DNA of 64,000 bases. Source: Candidatus Sulfomarinibacteraceae bacterium. GTDB lineage: Bacteria; Acidobacteriota; Thermoanaerobaculia; Thermoanaerobaculales; Sulfomarinibacteraceae. This document shows positions 46,300-55,666 of the stretch, piece by piece (position 1 is the stretch's first letter; the number at the start of each line of letters is the position of its first letter). Position numbers and translations under genes: made by a program. The notes under the pieces are model-generated. The model was not told the origin of the DNA. It worked only from the letters and a program-made list of their open reading frames with translations, and ran no database searches. Location of the stretch: contig CAWCLO010000010.1 of NCBI GenBank assembly GCA_963796455.1, positions 288,001-352,000 of the forward strand, read 5' to 3'.

Positions 46300-47502
46300 A
46301 TGAGCGATAACAAAGATCAGCAGCAACCACAACAGCGCAAGTCCGGATCGCGGCGTCGCCGGCGGCGTCCGCGGCGCCGTCAGGGCCCGCAGGGCCCGCC
46401 GATACAGGTGGAGGGCTACCTGTGGGTGCGTGACAACGGCGGCCCATTGCTGGTCACATCGAAGCGCAATTTCGTCGCTGACCGGTCGGATCCGACGGTA
46501 CCGGTTGAACTCATTCGACCTCTGCACCTCGAAAGCGGTCTTCATCTCTCCGGCCAGGCATTTTCCGGAGACCGGCCGCGTATGAGCTCCATTGAAAAGA
46601 TCGAAGGCCTGGAGCCGGAGGTCTACCGCAACAAGGCCATACCCTTCACCGAATTGATCAGTATCGATCCGTTGGAGCGTTTCGAACTCGAGACCGATTC
46701 GGAGCTTGTCGAACCAAGGGTGGCCCAGCTCATCGCCCCGCTCGGCATGGGTCAACGTTGCCTGATCGTCTCTCCCCCAAAAGCGGGAAAGACCACGCTC
46801 CTGCAGCAGATGGCCCACGCGATCGCAGTCAACCACGCCGATACCACGATCTTTGTCCTCCTTGTGGACGAACGACCGGAAGAAGTCACTGATTGGAAGC
46901 GGAGCATCGCCCGCGGCGAAGTCTTTGCATCCTCGACCGATCAATCGCTCGAGTCCCATATCCAGGTGTCGGAGATGGTCTTCGAGCGCGCTCGGCGACT
47001 GGTCGAGATGGGTGAGAATGTCGTCGTCTTCATGGACTCGCTGACAAGAATGTCACGCGCTTTCAATAATTTACAAAAAGGATCGGGGAGGATTCTCTCC
47101 GGCGGAATTGATGCGCGAACGATGGAGAAACCGCGCCGCTTCTTTGGATCGGCCCGCAACGTCGAGGACGGCGGCAGCCTGACCGTGGTCGCGACCTGCC
47201 TGGTCGACACGGGGTCGCGGATGGACGAGGTCATTTTCCAGGAGTTCAAAGGCACCGGCAATATGGAGCTGGTTCTCGACCGCAAGCTCTTCGAGAAGAG
47301 GATCTTTCCGACCATCAACATCCCACAATCGGGAACAAGGAAAGAGGAGAAGCTCTACCCGAAAGACCAGGTCGAAAAGCTTTATCTGATGCGCCGCGCC
47401 CTCTCGTCCCTGTCGCCGGAGGCTGCGATGGAACTCTTGTTGCAAAAGGTCCGCGAGTTTTCGACCAACGAGAAGTTCCTGGCATCTCTGCAGCTCAAAT
47501 AG
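46300..47502 (+). CDS. rho: Transcription termination factor Rho (short, atypical N-terminus)
   Basis: PLGMGQRCLIVSPPKAGKT, LVDERPEEVTD, DSLTRMSRAFN, SGRILSGGID, EFKGTGNMEL, SGTRKEE. Confidence 0.95.
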   Translation: MSDNKDQQQPQQRKSGSRRRRRRPRRRQGPQGPPIQVEGYLWVRDNGGPLLVTSKRNFVADRSDPTVPVELIRPLHLESGLHLSGQAFSGDRPRMSSIEKIEGLEPEVYRNKAIPFTELISIDPLERFELETDSELVEPRVAQLIAPLGMGQRCLIVSPPKAGKTTLLQQMAHAIAVNHADTTIFVLLVDERPEEVTDWKRSIARGEVFASSTDQSLESHIQVSEMVFERARRLVEMGENVVVFMDSLTRMSRAFNNLQKGSGRILSGGIDARTMEKPRRFFGSARNVEDGGSLTVVATCLVDTGSRMDEVIFQEFKGTGNMELVLDRKLFEKRIFPTINIPQSGTRKEEKLYPKDQVEKLYLMRRALSSLSPEAAMELLLQKVREFSTNEKFLASLQLK

Positions 47503-47554
47503 GGGCCTCGGAAAGAGTTTGTATCGAGATCCTATCTCAAGCATAATGTCGGCA

Positions 47555-48679
47555 ATGAACATGAACCCCGCCAAACTCAGGCTTCGTGATCGCTCGCTCG
47601 AACCGGTGGCCGAAAAGGTCCTCGCAGGGTCGCGACTGGATCGTGATGATGGTTTGTTGTTGGCAACCACCGATGATCTCCTCGGTGTCGGCCGTCTGGC
47701 AAACCTCGTACGCGAGGGTCTTCACGGCGATACCACCTACTACAACATCAACCGTCATCTGAACCCGACCAATGTCTGTGTGGCTTCGTGCAAGCTGTGC
47801 GCGTTCTATGTACCGTGGCGTGATCGTGACGGAGGATGGACCTACAGCGTTGAACAAGCTGTTGAAATCGCCGCCCGCGACGTGGACGAATCGGTCTCGG
47901 AGCTTCACATCGTCGGCGGTCTCCACCCCAAGTTGCTGGCCGAATATTATGAGGATCTGTTTCGCGCCCTCAAGACCAGGTTCCCGTGGATCCACCTCAA
48001 GGCCTTGACGATGGTCGAACTCGATTTCATTGCCAAAGCTTCGAGAATGAGCCTCGACGACCTGATCGATCGACTGCATGCGGCCGGACTCGACTCCTGT
48101 CCGGGCGGCGGCGCGGAGATCTTTGCCGAACGGGTGCGCTCTCAGATCTGCGACCACAAGACCGATGGCGGACGGTGGCTCGAGATCGCCGGCACCGTAC
48201 ATCGCGCCGGCATTCCTTCGAACTGCACCATGTTGTACGGACACGTCGAGACCGCAGCGGAAAGGGTGGACCATCTCCTGGCTCTGCGCGAACTGCAGGA
48301 CGAGACCGGCGGTTTCCAGTGTCTGATCCCGCTCGCGTTCCACCCCGAAAACACCGAACTCGACCACCTGCCTCCAACCGGGGGCCGTCTCGATCTTCAG
48401 ACCATCGCGGTGTCTCGCCTGCTGTTGGACAATGTCCCCCACCTGAAGGCGTATTGGATCATGCTCGGCGAGAAGGTCGCCCAGGTTGCCCAGCAATTCG
48501 GAGCCAACGACCTCGATGGAACGATCTTCGACGAGCGTATTACCCGCGCCGCCGGCGGCGAGGCCGGGGCCGGTATGGCGATTGATCGCCTGCAGCGTCT
48601 GATCACCGAGGCGGGAAGGGTCCCGGTGCTGAGGGACACACTGTACCGTCCGATCGAGCCGGCCACAGTCGTCGCCTGA
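47555..48679 (+). CDS. mqnE: Aminofutalosine synthase (radical SAM)
   Basis: NPTNVCVASCKLCAF, ELHIVGG, PGGGAEIF, TMLYGHVE, HLKAYWIMLG. Confidence 0.88.
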   Translation: MNMNPAKLRLRDRSLEPVAEKVLAGSRLDRDDGLLLATTDDLLGVGRLANLVREGLHGDTTYYNINRHLNPTNVCVASCKLCAFYVPWRDRDGGWTYSVEQAVEIAARDVDESVSELHIVGGLHPKLLAEYYEDLFRALKTRFPWIHLKALTMVELDFIAKASRMSLDDLIDRLHAAGLDSCPGGGAEIFAERVRSQICDHKTDGGRWLEIAGTVHRAGIPSNCTMLYGHVETAAERVDHLLALRELQDETGGFQCLIPLAFHPENTELDHLPPTGGRLDLQTIAVSRLLLDNVPHLKAYWIMLGEKVAQVAQQFGANDLDGTIFDERITRAAGGEAGAGMAIDRLQRLITEAGRVPVLRDTLYRPIEPATVVA

Positions 48680-48755
48680 GATCCCGATAAGGTTTGATTT
48701 CTGAGTTTCCGCGCACGCATCCAACGATCCTGTTGTCGTTCGGGAGCGATATGAC

Positions 48756-49223
48756 TCAAAACTTTTCTACTGCTCCCAGGAGCGACTCCGAGGCCCACAA
48801 AAGGTATTGAGCGACCACCGATTCGTGGCAGAGACGGGCGAGTTCGGGTGAGAACTGGATCGCGACGATCACCAAAAGCCCGAGCAGGAGGGCGGCAATC
48901 CCGGCCGCAAGACCGGCGCCGAGAAGACGGTTCATCCATCCGAGGTGGAGCGCTTTGAGCGTGTGTTCGATGCCCCAACCCGCCAGCAGAGCCAGCCCGA
49001 CACACAAGAGCACCAGCCCGAGACGCGCCAGAACCGCGGACAACCATGGCACGCCGACCACTCCATCGAGAAAGGCCTGGGCGTCGTCACCGGCGACTAC
49101 CGCCAGCCAGAGGCCGGCAATCAACCCGCCACCACCAAAGATGATGCGTACCGCCCCTTTCCAGAACCCCCCCAACGCGAGGCCGAGCCACACGACAATC
49201 AGGACCCAGTCGAGCACGCTCAT
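48756..49223 (-). CDS. CvpA (colicin V production) family membrane protein
   Basis: LDWVLI...GFWKGAVR...LGWMNRLLGA. Confidence 0.85.
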   Translation of the reverse strand: MSVLDWVLIVVWLGLALGGFWKGAVRIIFGGGGLIAGLWLAVVAGDDAQAFLDGVVGVPWLSAVLARLGLVLLCVGLALLAGWGIEHTLKALHLGWMNRLLGAGLAAGIAALLLGLLVIVAIQFSPELARLCHESVVAQYLLWASESLLGAVEKF

Positions 49224-49642
49224 GGGAGGAGGCTGACGGTCAGCCGAAGGAAATCGGCTTCGGTCACGATGCCAAGCAACCTGTTCTCGGAATCAACCAC
49301 CGGCAAACAGCCGTATTTGTTCTCGAGCAGAATCCGGGCTGCCTGCGAGACTCCGAGATCCGGAGGCACCGAAACCACATCCCTGTGCATGATCTCAACC
49401 ACCCGGACGGTCGAGAAGATCCGTCGCTGCTCGTTCGCTTCGACCTCGGCAAAGACCGAAAAGGACGCCGCCAAAAGATCGCGATGGGTGACGAGACCCA
49501 CCAGTTTCTGATCGCGAACGACCGGGAGGTGGCGGATTCGACCCTGAGCCATGCACCGTTGCGCATGGGCAAGGTTTTCATCCTCGGTCAGGGTGACCAC
49601 CTCGGTGGTCATGAGATCGCAGACTTCCATCTTGGCCGACAT
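49220..49642 (-). CDS. CBS domain pair protein
   Basis: MTTEVVTL...IRHLPVV...LVGLVTHRDL; YGCLPVVD...LLGIVTEADF. Confidence 0.92.
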   Translation of the reverse strand: MSAKMEVCDLMTTEVVTLTEDENLAHAQRCMAQGRIRHLPVVRDQKLVGLVTHRDLLAASFSVFAEVEANEQRRIFSTVRVVEIMHRDVVSVPPDLGVSQAARILLENKYGCLPVVDSENRLLGIVTEADFLRLTVSLLP

Positions 49643-49676
49643 GATGAACCCCTGCGCTCAGTTTAACCCGAAAGAG

Positions 49677-49785
49677 GAGATTTGAGTTTTGAGAATTGAG
49701 TTTTTGAGCTCCCGACGAAGGACCGGCAGCATCCTCCACGCGCGGCTCGAACAACTCAAAAAATGATCCCCAAACCTCAAAACTC
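49677..49785. repeat. Inverted pair of heptamer repeats (GAGWWTT)n ... (AAAACTC)n
   Basis: gagattt gagtttt gagaatt gagttttt gag at 49677-49708; aactcaaaaaa...cccaaacctcaaaactc at 49753-49785. Confidence 0.75.
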
Positions 49786-49788
49786 GGT

Positions 49789-50526
49789 CTAGATATACAA
49801 CCCACCCGAGATGTTCAACACCACGCCGGTGATGTAGGAGGCATCGGGCCCGGCGAGGAAGGAGACCGCCGCGGCCACATCGCCCGGGGTCCCGAGTCGC
49901 GGAATGGCGACACTCTTCATCAGAGCAGCGCGTTGGTCGTCGGTGAGCTTGTCGGTCATCGGTGTTTGAATGTACCCCGGCGCGACCGCGTTGACCGTCA
50001 CGTTCCGCGGACCGAGCTCTCGTGCCAGGCTCTTGGTGAATCCGATCAGCCCCGCCTTGGAGGCCGAGTAGTTGGCCTGTCCGGCGTTGCCCATCAACCC
50101 GACAACCGAGGCCACGTTGACGATGCGACCGCTTTTCGCACGCATCATCAGCTTCGCCACCGGCTGGGTCACCTTGAAGGCTCCATCGAGGTTGATTCCG
50201 AGAACCAGATCCCAGTCCTCGGGCTTCATGCGAACGAGCAACTGGTCACGGGTGATGCCGGCGTTGTTGACCAGGATGTCCAGTCGTCCATGCGTCTCGT
50301 GGATGGCCTTGACGCAATCGGCGGCCCCTTCGGCATCGGTGACATCGAGATGACGTCCTTCGGCCGAGCCCCCGGCCGTGGTGATCTCGTCCACGATCTC
50401 ATCGGTGTCGAGAACATCGGCGCAAACGACCGTTGCCCCGCCCCGAGCAAGCCGGCGTGCAATCTCCGCCCCGATTCCGCGCGCTCCCCCTGTTACCACC
50501 GCGACCTGTCCGTCAAAATCCCTCAT
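49789..50526 (-). CDS. fabG: 3-oxoacyl-ACP reductase
   Basis: TGGARGIG, NNAGITRD, GNAGQANYSASKAG, NAVAPGYI.T.MT. Confidence 0.95.
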   Translation of the reverse strand: MRDFDGQVAVVTGGARGIGAEIARRLARGGATVVCADVLDTDEIVDEITTAGGSAEGRHLDVTDAEGAADCVKAIHETHGRLDILVNNAGITRDQLLVRMKPEDWDLVLGINLDGAFKVTQPVAKLMMRAKSGRIVNVASVVGLMGNAGQANYSASKAGLIGFTKSLARELGPRNVTVNAVAPGYIQTPMTDKLTDDQRAALMKSVAIPRLGTPGDVAAAVSFLAGPDASYITGVVLNISGGLYI

Positions 50527-50571
50527 CGCGTGATCTCCTATTCATGTGCTCGTGCGTTGAATGACGTATTG

Positions 50572-50701
50572 AACCACAAAGACACCAGGGACACCAGATC
50601 ACCACCACGACGAGGCGTCTGCGATTTGATCGAGGTCGATCATCGGCACCATCGATCTCAATTCAAAGAGAATCTTGGTGACCTCGGCATCGTGGTGGTG
50701 A
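50572..50701. repeat. Inverted element with roughly 9-nt periodic ACAC/ACCAC arms between fabD and fabG
   Basis: aaccacaaagacaccagggacaccagatcaccaccacga (50572-50610) and tcttggtgacctcggcatcgtggtggtga (50673-50701); the 12-bp tcaccaccacga inversion is perfect. Confidence 0.7.
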
Positions 50702-50704
50702 GAT

Positions 50705-51646
50705 TCAGCCGACGAGCTCGGCGATGGCCTTTTCAACACCTTCAACGGTGCCCGCCTGGAAACACACCGCCTCGCGATCGATGCGCTTCACCAATCCGGA
50801 TAGCACCTTGCCGGTGCCAATCTCGACAAAGGTGTCGAATCCATCGCTGCGCATTCGTCTGATTGTTTCCGACCACAGGACGGGCGAATCCACCTGACGA
50901 ATCAGACCACTCCGAACATCGTCGGGCAGGGTCACCGGCGCAGCATCGATGTTGCGATACAAGGGCACACTGAGTTCTTGGAAGTCGAGATCCATCAGCG
51001 ACGGCTGCAGACCTTCCCGGGCCGGCACCATCAGTGGCGAGTGAAAGGGGGCCGAGACCGGCAGGGGCAGCGCCCGTTTGGCACCGCGCTCCTTGCAACG
51101 TTCGCAGGCGCCCGCCACCGCGGCTGCTCCACCGGCGATGACAACCTGGCCGGGAGAGTTGAAATTGACGGCGGCGACAGTTCCTCCGCCTCCGGCCTCC
51201 TCGTCGCGGCAAACAGATACGACCACATCGTCATCGAGCCCGATGATCGCCGCCATCGCACCTTCACCGACCGGAACCGCCTCCTGCATGAGCCGACCGC
51301 GAAGCTTCACCGTTCGTGCCGCATCGGCGAGATCGAGGCCACCCGCCGCCACCACCGCCGAGTACTCGCCAAGGCTGTGGCCGGCAACCGCTGCCGCGGA
51401 AAAGCCCGCAGCCACCAATACCGACCACGCCGCAATCGAGTGGGTGAGCAGCGCCGGTTGAGTGTTCTCGGTGAGGCGCAGATCTTCCTCAGGGCCATCC
51501 CAACACAGTTCGGACAAGGACATGGAGAGACCGCCATCCACGGTCGAAAATACCTCGGCCGCCGACGGCCAGCGTTCGGCAAGATCTCGGCCCATACCGA
51601 CCGCCTGGGATCCCTGGCCGGGAAACAGAGCAGCAATTTTCGTCAT
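50705..51646 (-). CDS. fabD: Malonyl-CoA:ACP transacylase
   Basis: FPGQGSQ, TENTQPAL, AGHSLGEYSA, VSAPFHSPLM. Confidence 0.97.
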   Translation of the reverse strand: MTKIAALFPGQGSQAVGMGRDLAERWPSAAEVFSTVDGGLSMSLSELCWDGPEEDLRLTENTQPALLTHSIAAWSVLVAAGFSAAAVAGHSLGEYSAVVAAGGLDLADAARTVKLRGRLMQEAVPVGEGAMAAIIGLDDDVVVSVCRDEEAGGGGTVAAVNFNSPGQVVIAGGAAAVAGACERCKERGAKRALPLPVSAPFHSPLMVPAREGLQPSLMDLDFQELSVPLYRNIDAAPVTLPDDVRSGLIRQVDSPVLWSETIRRMRSDGFDTFVEIGTGKVLSGLVKRIDREAVCFQAGTVEGVEKAIAELVG

Positions 51647-52680
51647 TTTCGGCTGTCCTCTCGTCTCGACGACGTCGCAAGAACCTCGAGAATCTTGTCG
51701 CCTATCTGTTCGATCACTCCGCACACGGCATAGGAATCGGCGAATCGTACGGCGTTGCGCACCGCCTTGGCCGAAGATCTCCCGTGACCGATCAGACAGG
51801 CTCCGTTGACACCGAGCAGAGGGGCGCCTCCATACTCCGCATAATCGACCTTGTTGCGCAGATTTCTGAACGCGCCCTTGGCCATCAACAGACCGGCGCC
51901 GTACATGGGAGACTGACGGACCTCATCCATCAGCATGCCGATCACCATCTCGCCAAAACCCTCGGCTACCTTGAGCACGATGTTGCCGGTAAATCCGTCG
52001 CATACGATGACATCGACATCAGCGGAGAAAACATCGCCGCCCTCGATATTGCCGACGAAATTGATCCCCGCGGCTTTGAGAACCAGATTGCGCTCACGGG
52101 CCCTGGGGCCGCCCTTGTTCTCTTCCTCGCCAACCGACATCAAACCGACCCTTGGTGCGGTGACGCCAAGGACCGCCTCAGCGTAAAACGAACCCATGAC
52201 CGCAAACTGAACCAACTGGTGAGGCTTGCACTCCATATTGGCGCCGACATCGAGCACCAGCGTGCGGCCGTCGTTCTTTGGCACCACCGCTGCGAGCGCC
52301 GGGCGGTCGACCCCATCAATCATCCCGAAGATCGACTTGGCAGCGATCCACGCGGCACCCGTATTGCCTGCGGTGACCATCGCCGTCGCACGACCATCCT
52401 TCACCAACTCGGCGCACACATTCAGTGATGATCGCCTTTTCCCACGAAGCACACTGATGGGCGGGTCCTGCATTTCGACGACATCGGGGGCATCGACGAG
52501 CTCGAGACCTGAGGGCAGGACGCGAAAACGCCCCATCTCTCTGCGGAGCTTTTTCTGGGGACCGACCAGGAGAACCGGAATATCGTTCTCGGTCACCGCT
52601 TCGACAGCTCCGCGGATCACCGTTTGGGGCGCTCCATCGCCGCCCATGGCGTCAACCGCGATCGGACCCTTGGCCCGCAT
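51643..52680 (-). CDS. plsX: Phosphate acyltransferase
   Basis: IAVDAMGGD, AGNTGA, RPALA, LDVGAN, DGFTGNIVLK, YGGAPLLG..HGRS. Confidence 0.97.
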   Translation of the reverse strand: MRAKGPIAVDAMGGDGAPQTVIRGAVEAVTENDIPVLLVGPQKKLRREMGRFRVLPSGLELVDAPDVVEMQDPPISVLRGKRRSSLNVCAELVKDGRATAMVTAGNTGAAWIAAKSIFGMIDGVDRPALAAVVPKNDGRTLVLDVGANMECKPHQLVQFAVMGSFYAEAVLGVTAPRVGLMSVGEEENKGGPRARERNLVLKAAGINFVGNIEGGDVFSADVDVIVCDGFTGNIVLKVAEGFGEMVIGMLMDEVRQSPMYGAGLLMAKGAFRNLRNKVDYAEYGGAPLLGVNGACLIGHGRSSAKAVRNAVRFADSYAVCGVIEQIGDKILEVLATSSRREDSRK

Positions 52681-52744
52681 GTCTCACAAACTCGTTTCCG
52701 CGGCCGTCATTTTGCCGCCGACAGGAGACCGGGGATCATCAATC

Positions 52745-52930
52745 TCAGTCGAGCTCTTCGACCCGGATAACCTCACGACCCTTGTAGCTGCCGCAGTGCG
52801 GACACACCTGATGCGGCGGCTTGGGTTCAAAACACGACGTGCACAGGCTCTTGCCCGGGGTTGCCAGGGCGTGATGCGAACGACGTTTGTCGCGGCGCGT
52901 TCTCGATATTTTATGTTTCGGATTGGCCAT
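52745..52930 (-). CDS. rpmF: 50S ribosomal protein L32
   Basis: MANPKHKISRTRRDKRRSH...CxxC...PHQVCPHCGSYKG. Confidence 0.96.
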   Translation of the reverse strand: MANPKHKISRTRRDKRRSHHALATPGKSLCTSCFEPKPPHQVCPHCGSYKGREVIRVEELD

Positions 52931-52953
52931 TGTCAGACTCCATAATTCTTCGA

Positions 52954-53481
52954 TCAACTCTCGCGGCGGTCGCCAGCAAGATCGGCGAGGGCGCCCCATC
53001 TCGGGTCGACCTCCGGTTCGCAGGCGCAGGCACCCGCTCGATTGAGGTTGGCGCCGCACCGCGCGCACAACCCGGCACAATTCGGATCACACAGACAGCG
53101 CATCGGCAGGGCAAGGATGGCCTGCTCGGCTGCGAGTTCTCCAAGGTCGAGTTCTCCTTCGTTAAAAAACGCGACGTCGAGATCATCCTCTTCGAGACCG
53201 ATTTCATCTTCAAGCGACCCCGACGACGGGCGACGGTAGCGGACGGTGAAGTCCTCGCTCTCTTGCCACGGCACCACTTCCAAACACCGTGCACAGGCCA
53301 GCGACCCCTCGCTCGAGCTGCTTCCGACGATCGTGAACGACTCGTCATGGGGATGCACCTCACCTTTGAGCCGAACGCTCAACGGCGCCGTCACCAGTTC
53401 GGAATCAATCCGATCGGGTCCCACCGCAACCGTTTCGTCGAAACGGAGCGGCCCCTCGAGTTTGAATAGATCGATCTTCAC
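52954..53481 (-). CDS. yceD: DUF177 / YceD family protein
   Basis: CARCL, LALPMRCLC..C.GLC..CG.NLN, DPRW..L; upstream of rpmF. Confidence 0.92.
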   Translation of the reverse strand: MKIDLFKLEGPLRFDETVAVGPDRIDSELVTAPLSVRLKGEVHPHDESFTIVGSSSSEGSLACARCLEVVPWQESEDFTVRYRRPSSGSLEDEIGLEEDDLDVAFFNEGELDLGELAAEQAILALPMRCLCDPNCAGLCARCGANLNRAGACACEPEVDPRWGALADLAGDRRES

Positions 53482-53589
53482 GCACACCTCTCCCCGCAGG
53501 GATTGCGAAGTATAGCACCTGTCTCGTTTTGACTCCAACTCATCCGTGGTGTTGACGAACCGACTCCCGATCACCACCGCGGAGAAGGG

Positions 53590-54441
53590 TCAAACTGCGG
53601 CGCGGGCAGAGTCCGTTGAGATGCCGGCCACCGCAATCGCGGCGCCGAGCGCGGTCAGCGAGATGACCGTCCACAGGTTCTCGCCGACAACGGGGGTGAA
53701 CCTCAGAGCGAGCAGAATCAAGAGACCGACAAAGACCTCGAGACTGATCGGCATCGGGTGATGAAACCACCGTTCGAGCACCGCGCCACCGAGCCAGCAC
53801 CCGAGCACCGTGAGGCCCACCGCCTTGGCGGCAAAGAAAATGATCATCAGACTCGCAACCAGTGGAACCCCGAGGGCCGGACCAAAACCGAGCGCCGCCA
53901 CCACCGAGGCCACAACCGTCAACCCGAGCAAAAGACCGAGAGCCAGGATTTTGAATCCAAAGGTCGGAACAGCCCACGCTCCGAATCGAATTCTCACCGG
54001 AAACAAAAAGGCCAGCCCGGTGGTCACCAACAACCACCCGCCGGCCGTCAAGAGGCGCATCGAAAAGTCGACCTGCCGAGGATCGCCTGAAACCGGGGAA
54101 GCGCCGCCAAGACTCGCGAGCGATGAGTAGCCGAGTACCCGCCCACCCACGGTCGCGTCTCTGGAAACCTCCACGTGACCTAAAACAGCCACTACATGTC
54201 CATCGACCTCGACATCCCGAGAGACGATGACGTCGCCGCCGATCGCGACCGCGTCGCCCTCGATCCGAGTACCGGGTTCGAGATAAAGGTCGGCGCCGAA
54301 AACGACCACGTCGCCTTCAACCGGATGACCGATGTGAAGATCCTTGAGGACAGCCGCCTGACCTGCTCCAGCATTATTGACGAAGGAAATGCCGAGGAGG
54401 AAAAGGAGCGCTGAGATTCGGATCAGTGATCGTTGCGCCAC
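53590..54441 (-). CDS. Membrane protein with bactofilin-like beta-helical repeats
   Basis: VEGDVVVFG / IEGDAVAIGG / VDGHVVAVLG repeats followed by several TM helices. Confidence 0.75.
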   Translation of the reverse strand: MAQRSLIRISALLFLLGISFVNNAGAGQAAVLKDLHIGHPVEGDVVVFGADLYLEPGTRIEGDAVAIGGDVIVSRDVEVDGHVVAVLGHVEVSRDATVGGRVLGYSSLASLGGASPVSGDPRQVDFSMRLLTAGGWLLVTTGLAFLFPVRIRFGAWAVPTFGFKILALGLLLGLTVVASVVAALGFGPALGVPLVASLMIIFFAAKAVGLTVLGCWLGGAVLERWFHHPMPISLEVFVGLLILLALRFTPVVGENLWTVISLTALGAAIAVAGISTDSARAAV

Positions 54442-54962
54442 GGTGACGCCTTCCGCCAGCGCAACGCAGCCACCGCAACTGCGGCCAAACCGATCAAACC
54501 CAGCAAGCCGGCAGCAACAAGAACGGCTGGATCGAGCGTAGCGGCCGCACCACGGGCGCCGGTCGCAACCGCTGTTGTCCAATCGGCTGCGCTGGCCAAG
54601 AATGCCGTCCATCCCTGCGCCGACCACCGTGGCAGGAAGGACACGATGCCGCCACCCGGGACGCCACCGACCATGATGGCGCCGAGCAATGCCACGAAAA
54701 GTGAAGCGGCGACAGGTAAAAAGGCGACGATCCGGCGGCGCACACGAACCGGCCGAAGAGCGGCCATGACGTTCTTTTCGACAGATGGGTCCGCCGGCGG
54801 GATGGCTCTTTTGAACAGAAAGCCTATGGCCTTTTCGCTTGCGGCAACTTCGCGGCACTCTGGGCACGCGTCAAGATGCCGCCGCGCAGCCTCTTCGAGG
54901 CGCTCGACTGAGCCACCATATTCGGTGAGCATCTCTTGAATTGCCTGGCAATGAGTTGACAC
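54423..54962 (-). CDS. Putative zinc-binding anti-sigma factor (zf-HC2) with TM helices
   Basis: HLDACPEC motif; directly downstream of an ECF sigma. Confidence 0.82.
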   Translation of the reverse strand: MSTHCQAIQEMLTEYGGSVERLEEAARRHLDACPECREVAASEKAIGFLFKRAIPPADPSVEKNVMAALRPVRVRRRIVAFLPVAASLFVALLGAIMVGGVPGGGIVSFLPRWSAQGWTAFLASAADWTTAVATGARGAAATLDPAVLVAAGLLGLIGLAAVAVAALRWRKASPWRNDH

Positions 54963-54990
54963 TGTGCCTCCCGTCGCATCTTATCAGCCG

Positions 54991-55572
54991 CTATAAGAAT
55001 TCGGCCAATGCTTTACGTAATACGGAGTGTGCTCGAAAAAGTTTGTTTTTTACGGTACCGAGCGGCATTTCTTTGAATTCGGCGATCTCCTGGTAGCTCA
55101 GACCCGCAAAATGGCGGAGCAGCACCAATTCCCGGTATTCCGGCCGGAGCCCCTCGATCACCTCACGCAGTTCCGATGAAAGTGCGGTGTTTTCGAGATG
55201 GCCGAGCGGGTCCTTTTCGGCATCGGGCAACACCATTTCAACTTCATCGCCTTCGGCATCTTTCCGGTAAATCGACACCGTCTTGAGCTTGCGTCGACGG
55301 AGTTGATCGATGCCGAGGTTGTGGGCAATGCGAAACAACCAGGTCGAAAAACGGTATTGCGGGTTGAATCGTTCCAGTGCCGACCACGCCCGAATAAAGG
55401 CCTCCTGCGACAACTCCCTGGCCAATTCGATATCGCCCACGAGTTGGCTGAGGAATGCGGTCAGCCGACGCTGATACCGGCGTACAAGGATGCCGAAAGC
55501 GCCCTCATCGCCATCCAACGCCAACTCCACCAGCCGTTCGTCGGGTAGTTTTGTTTCTGCTTGATCAGCCAC
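54991..55572 (-). CDS. ECF RNA polymerase sigma factor (SigW/RpoE-like)
   Basis: GDEGAFGILVRRYQ, QEAFIRAW, FSTWLFRIA.N, LSYQEIAE...PLGTVKNKLFRA. Confidence 0.94.
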   Translation of the reverse strand: MADQAETKLPDERLVELALDGDEGAFGILVRRYQRRLTAFLSQLVGDIELARELSQEAFIRAWSALERFNPQYRFSTWLFRIAHNLGIDQLRRRKLKTVSIYRKDAEGDEVEMVLPDAEKDPLGHLENTALSSELREVIEGLRPEYRELVLLRHFAGLSYQEIAEFKEMPLGTVKNKLFRAHSVLRKALAEFL

Positions 55573-55584
55573 AACGCAGCATCA

Positions 55585-55611
55585 TACTCCTTCACCTCAG
55601 CATTGGTTTCA
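55585..55611 (-). promoter_or_regulatory. Possible autoregulatory ECF promoter
   Basis: TGAAAC-17 nt-AGTA just upstream of the sigma gene; resembles the SigW-type TGAAAC-N16/17-CGTA consensus. Confidence 0.4.
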
Positions 55612-55666
55612 CCACTACAAGGAGTCTCAAGGTGATTTTTGATACACTCCGGGCGGAGGTGCGTGC

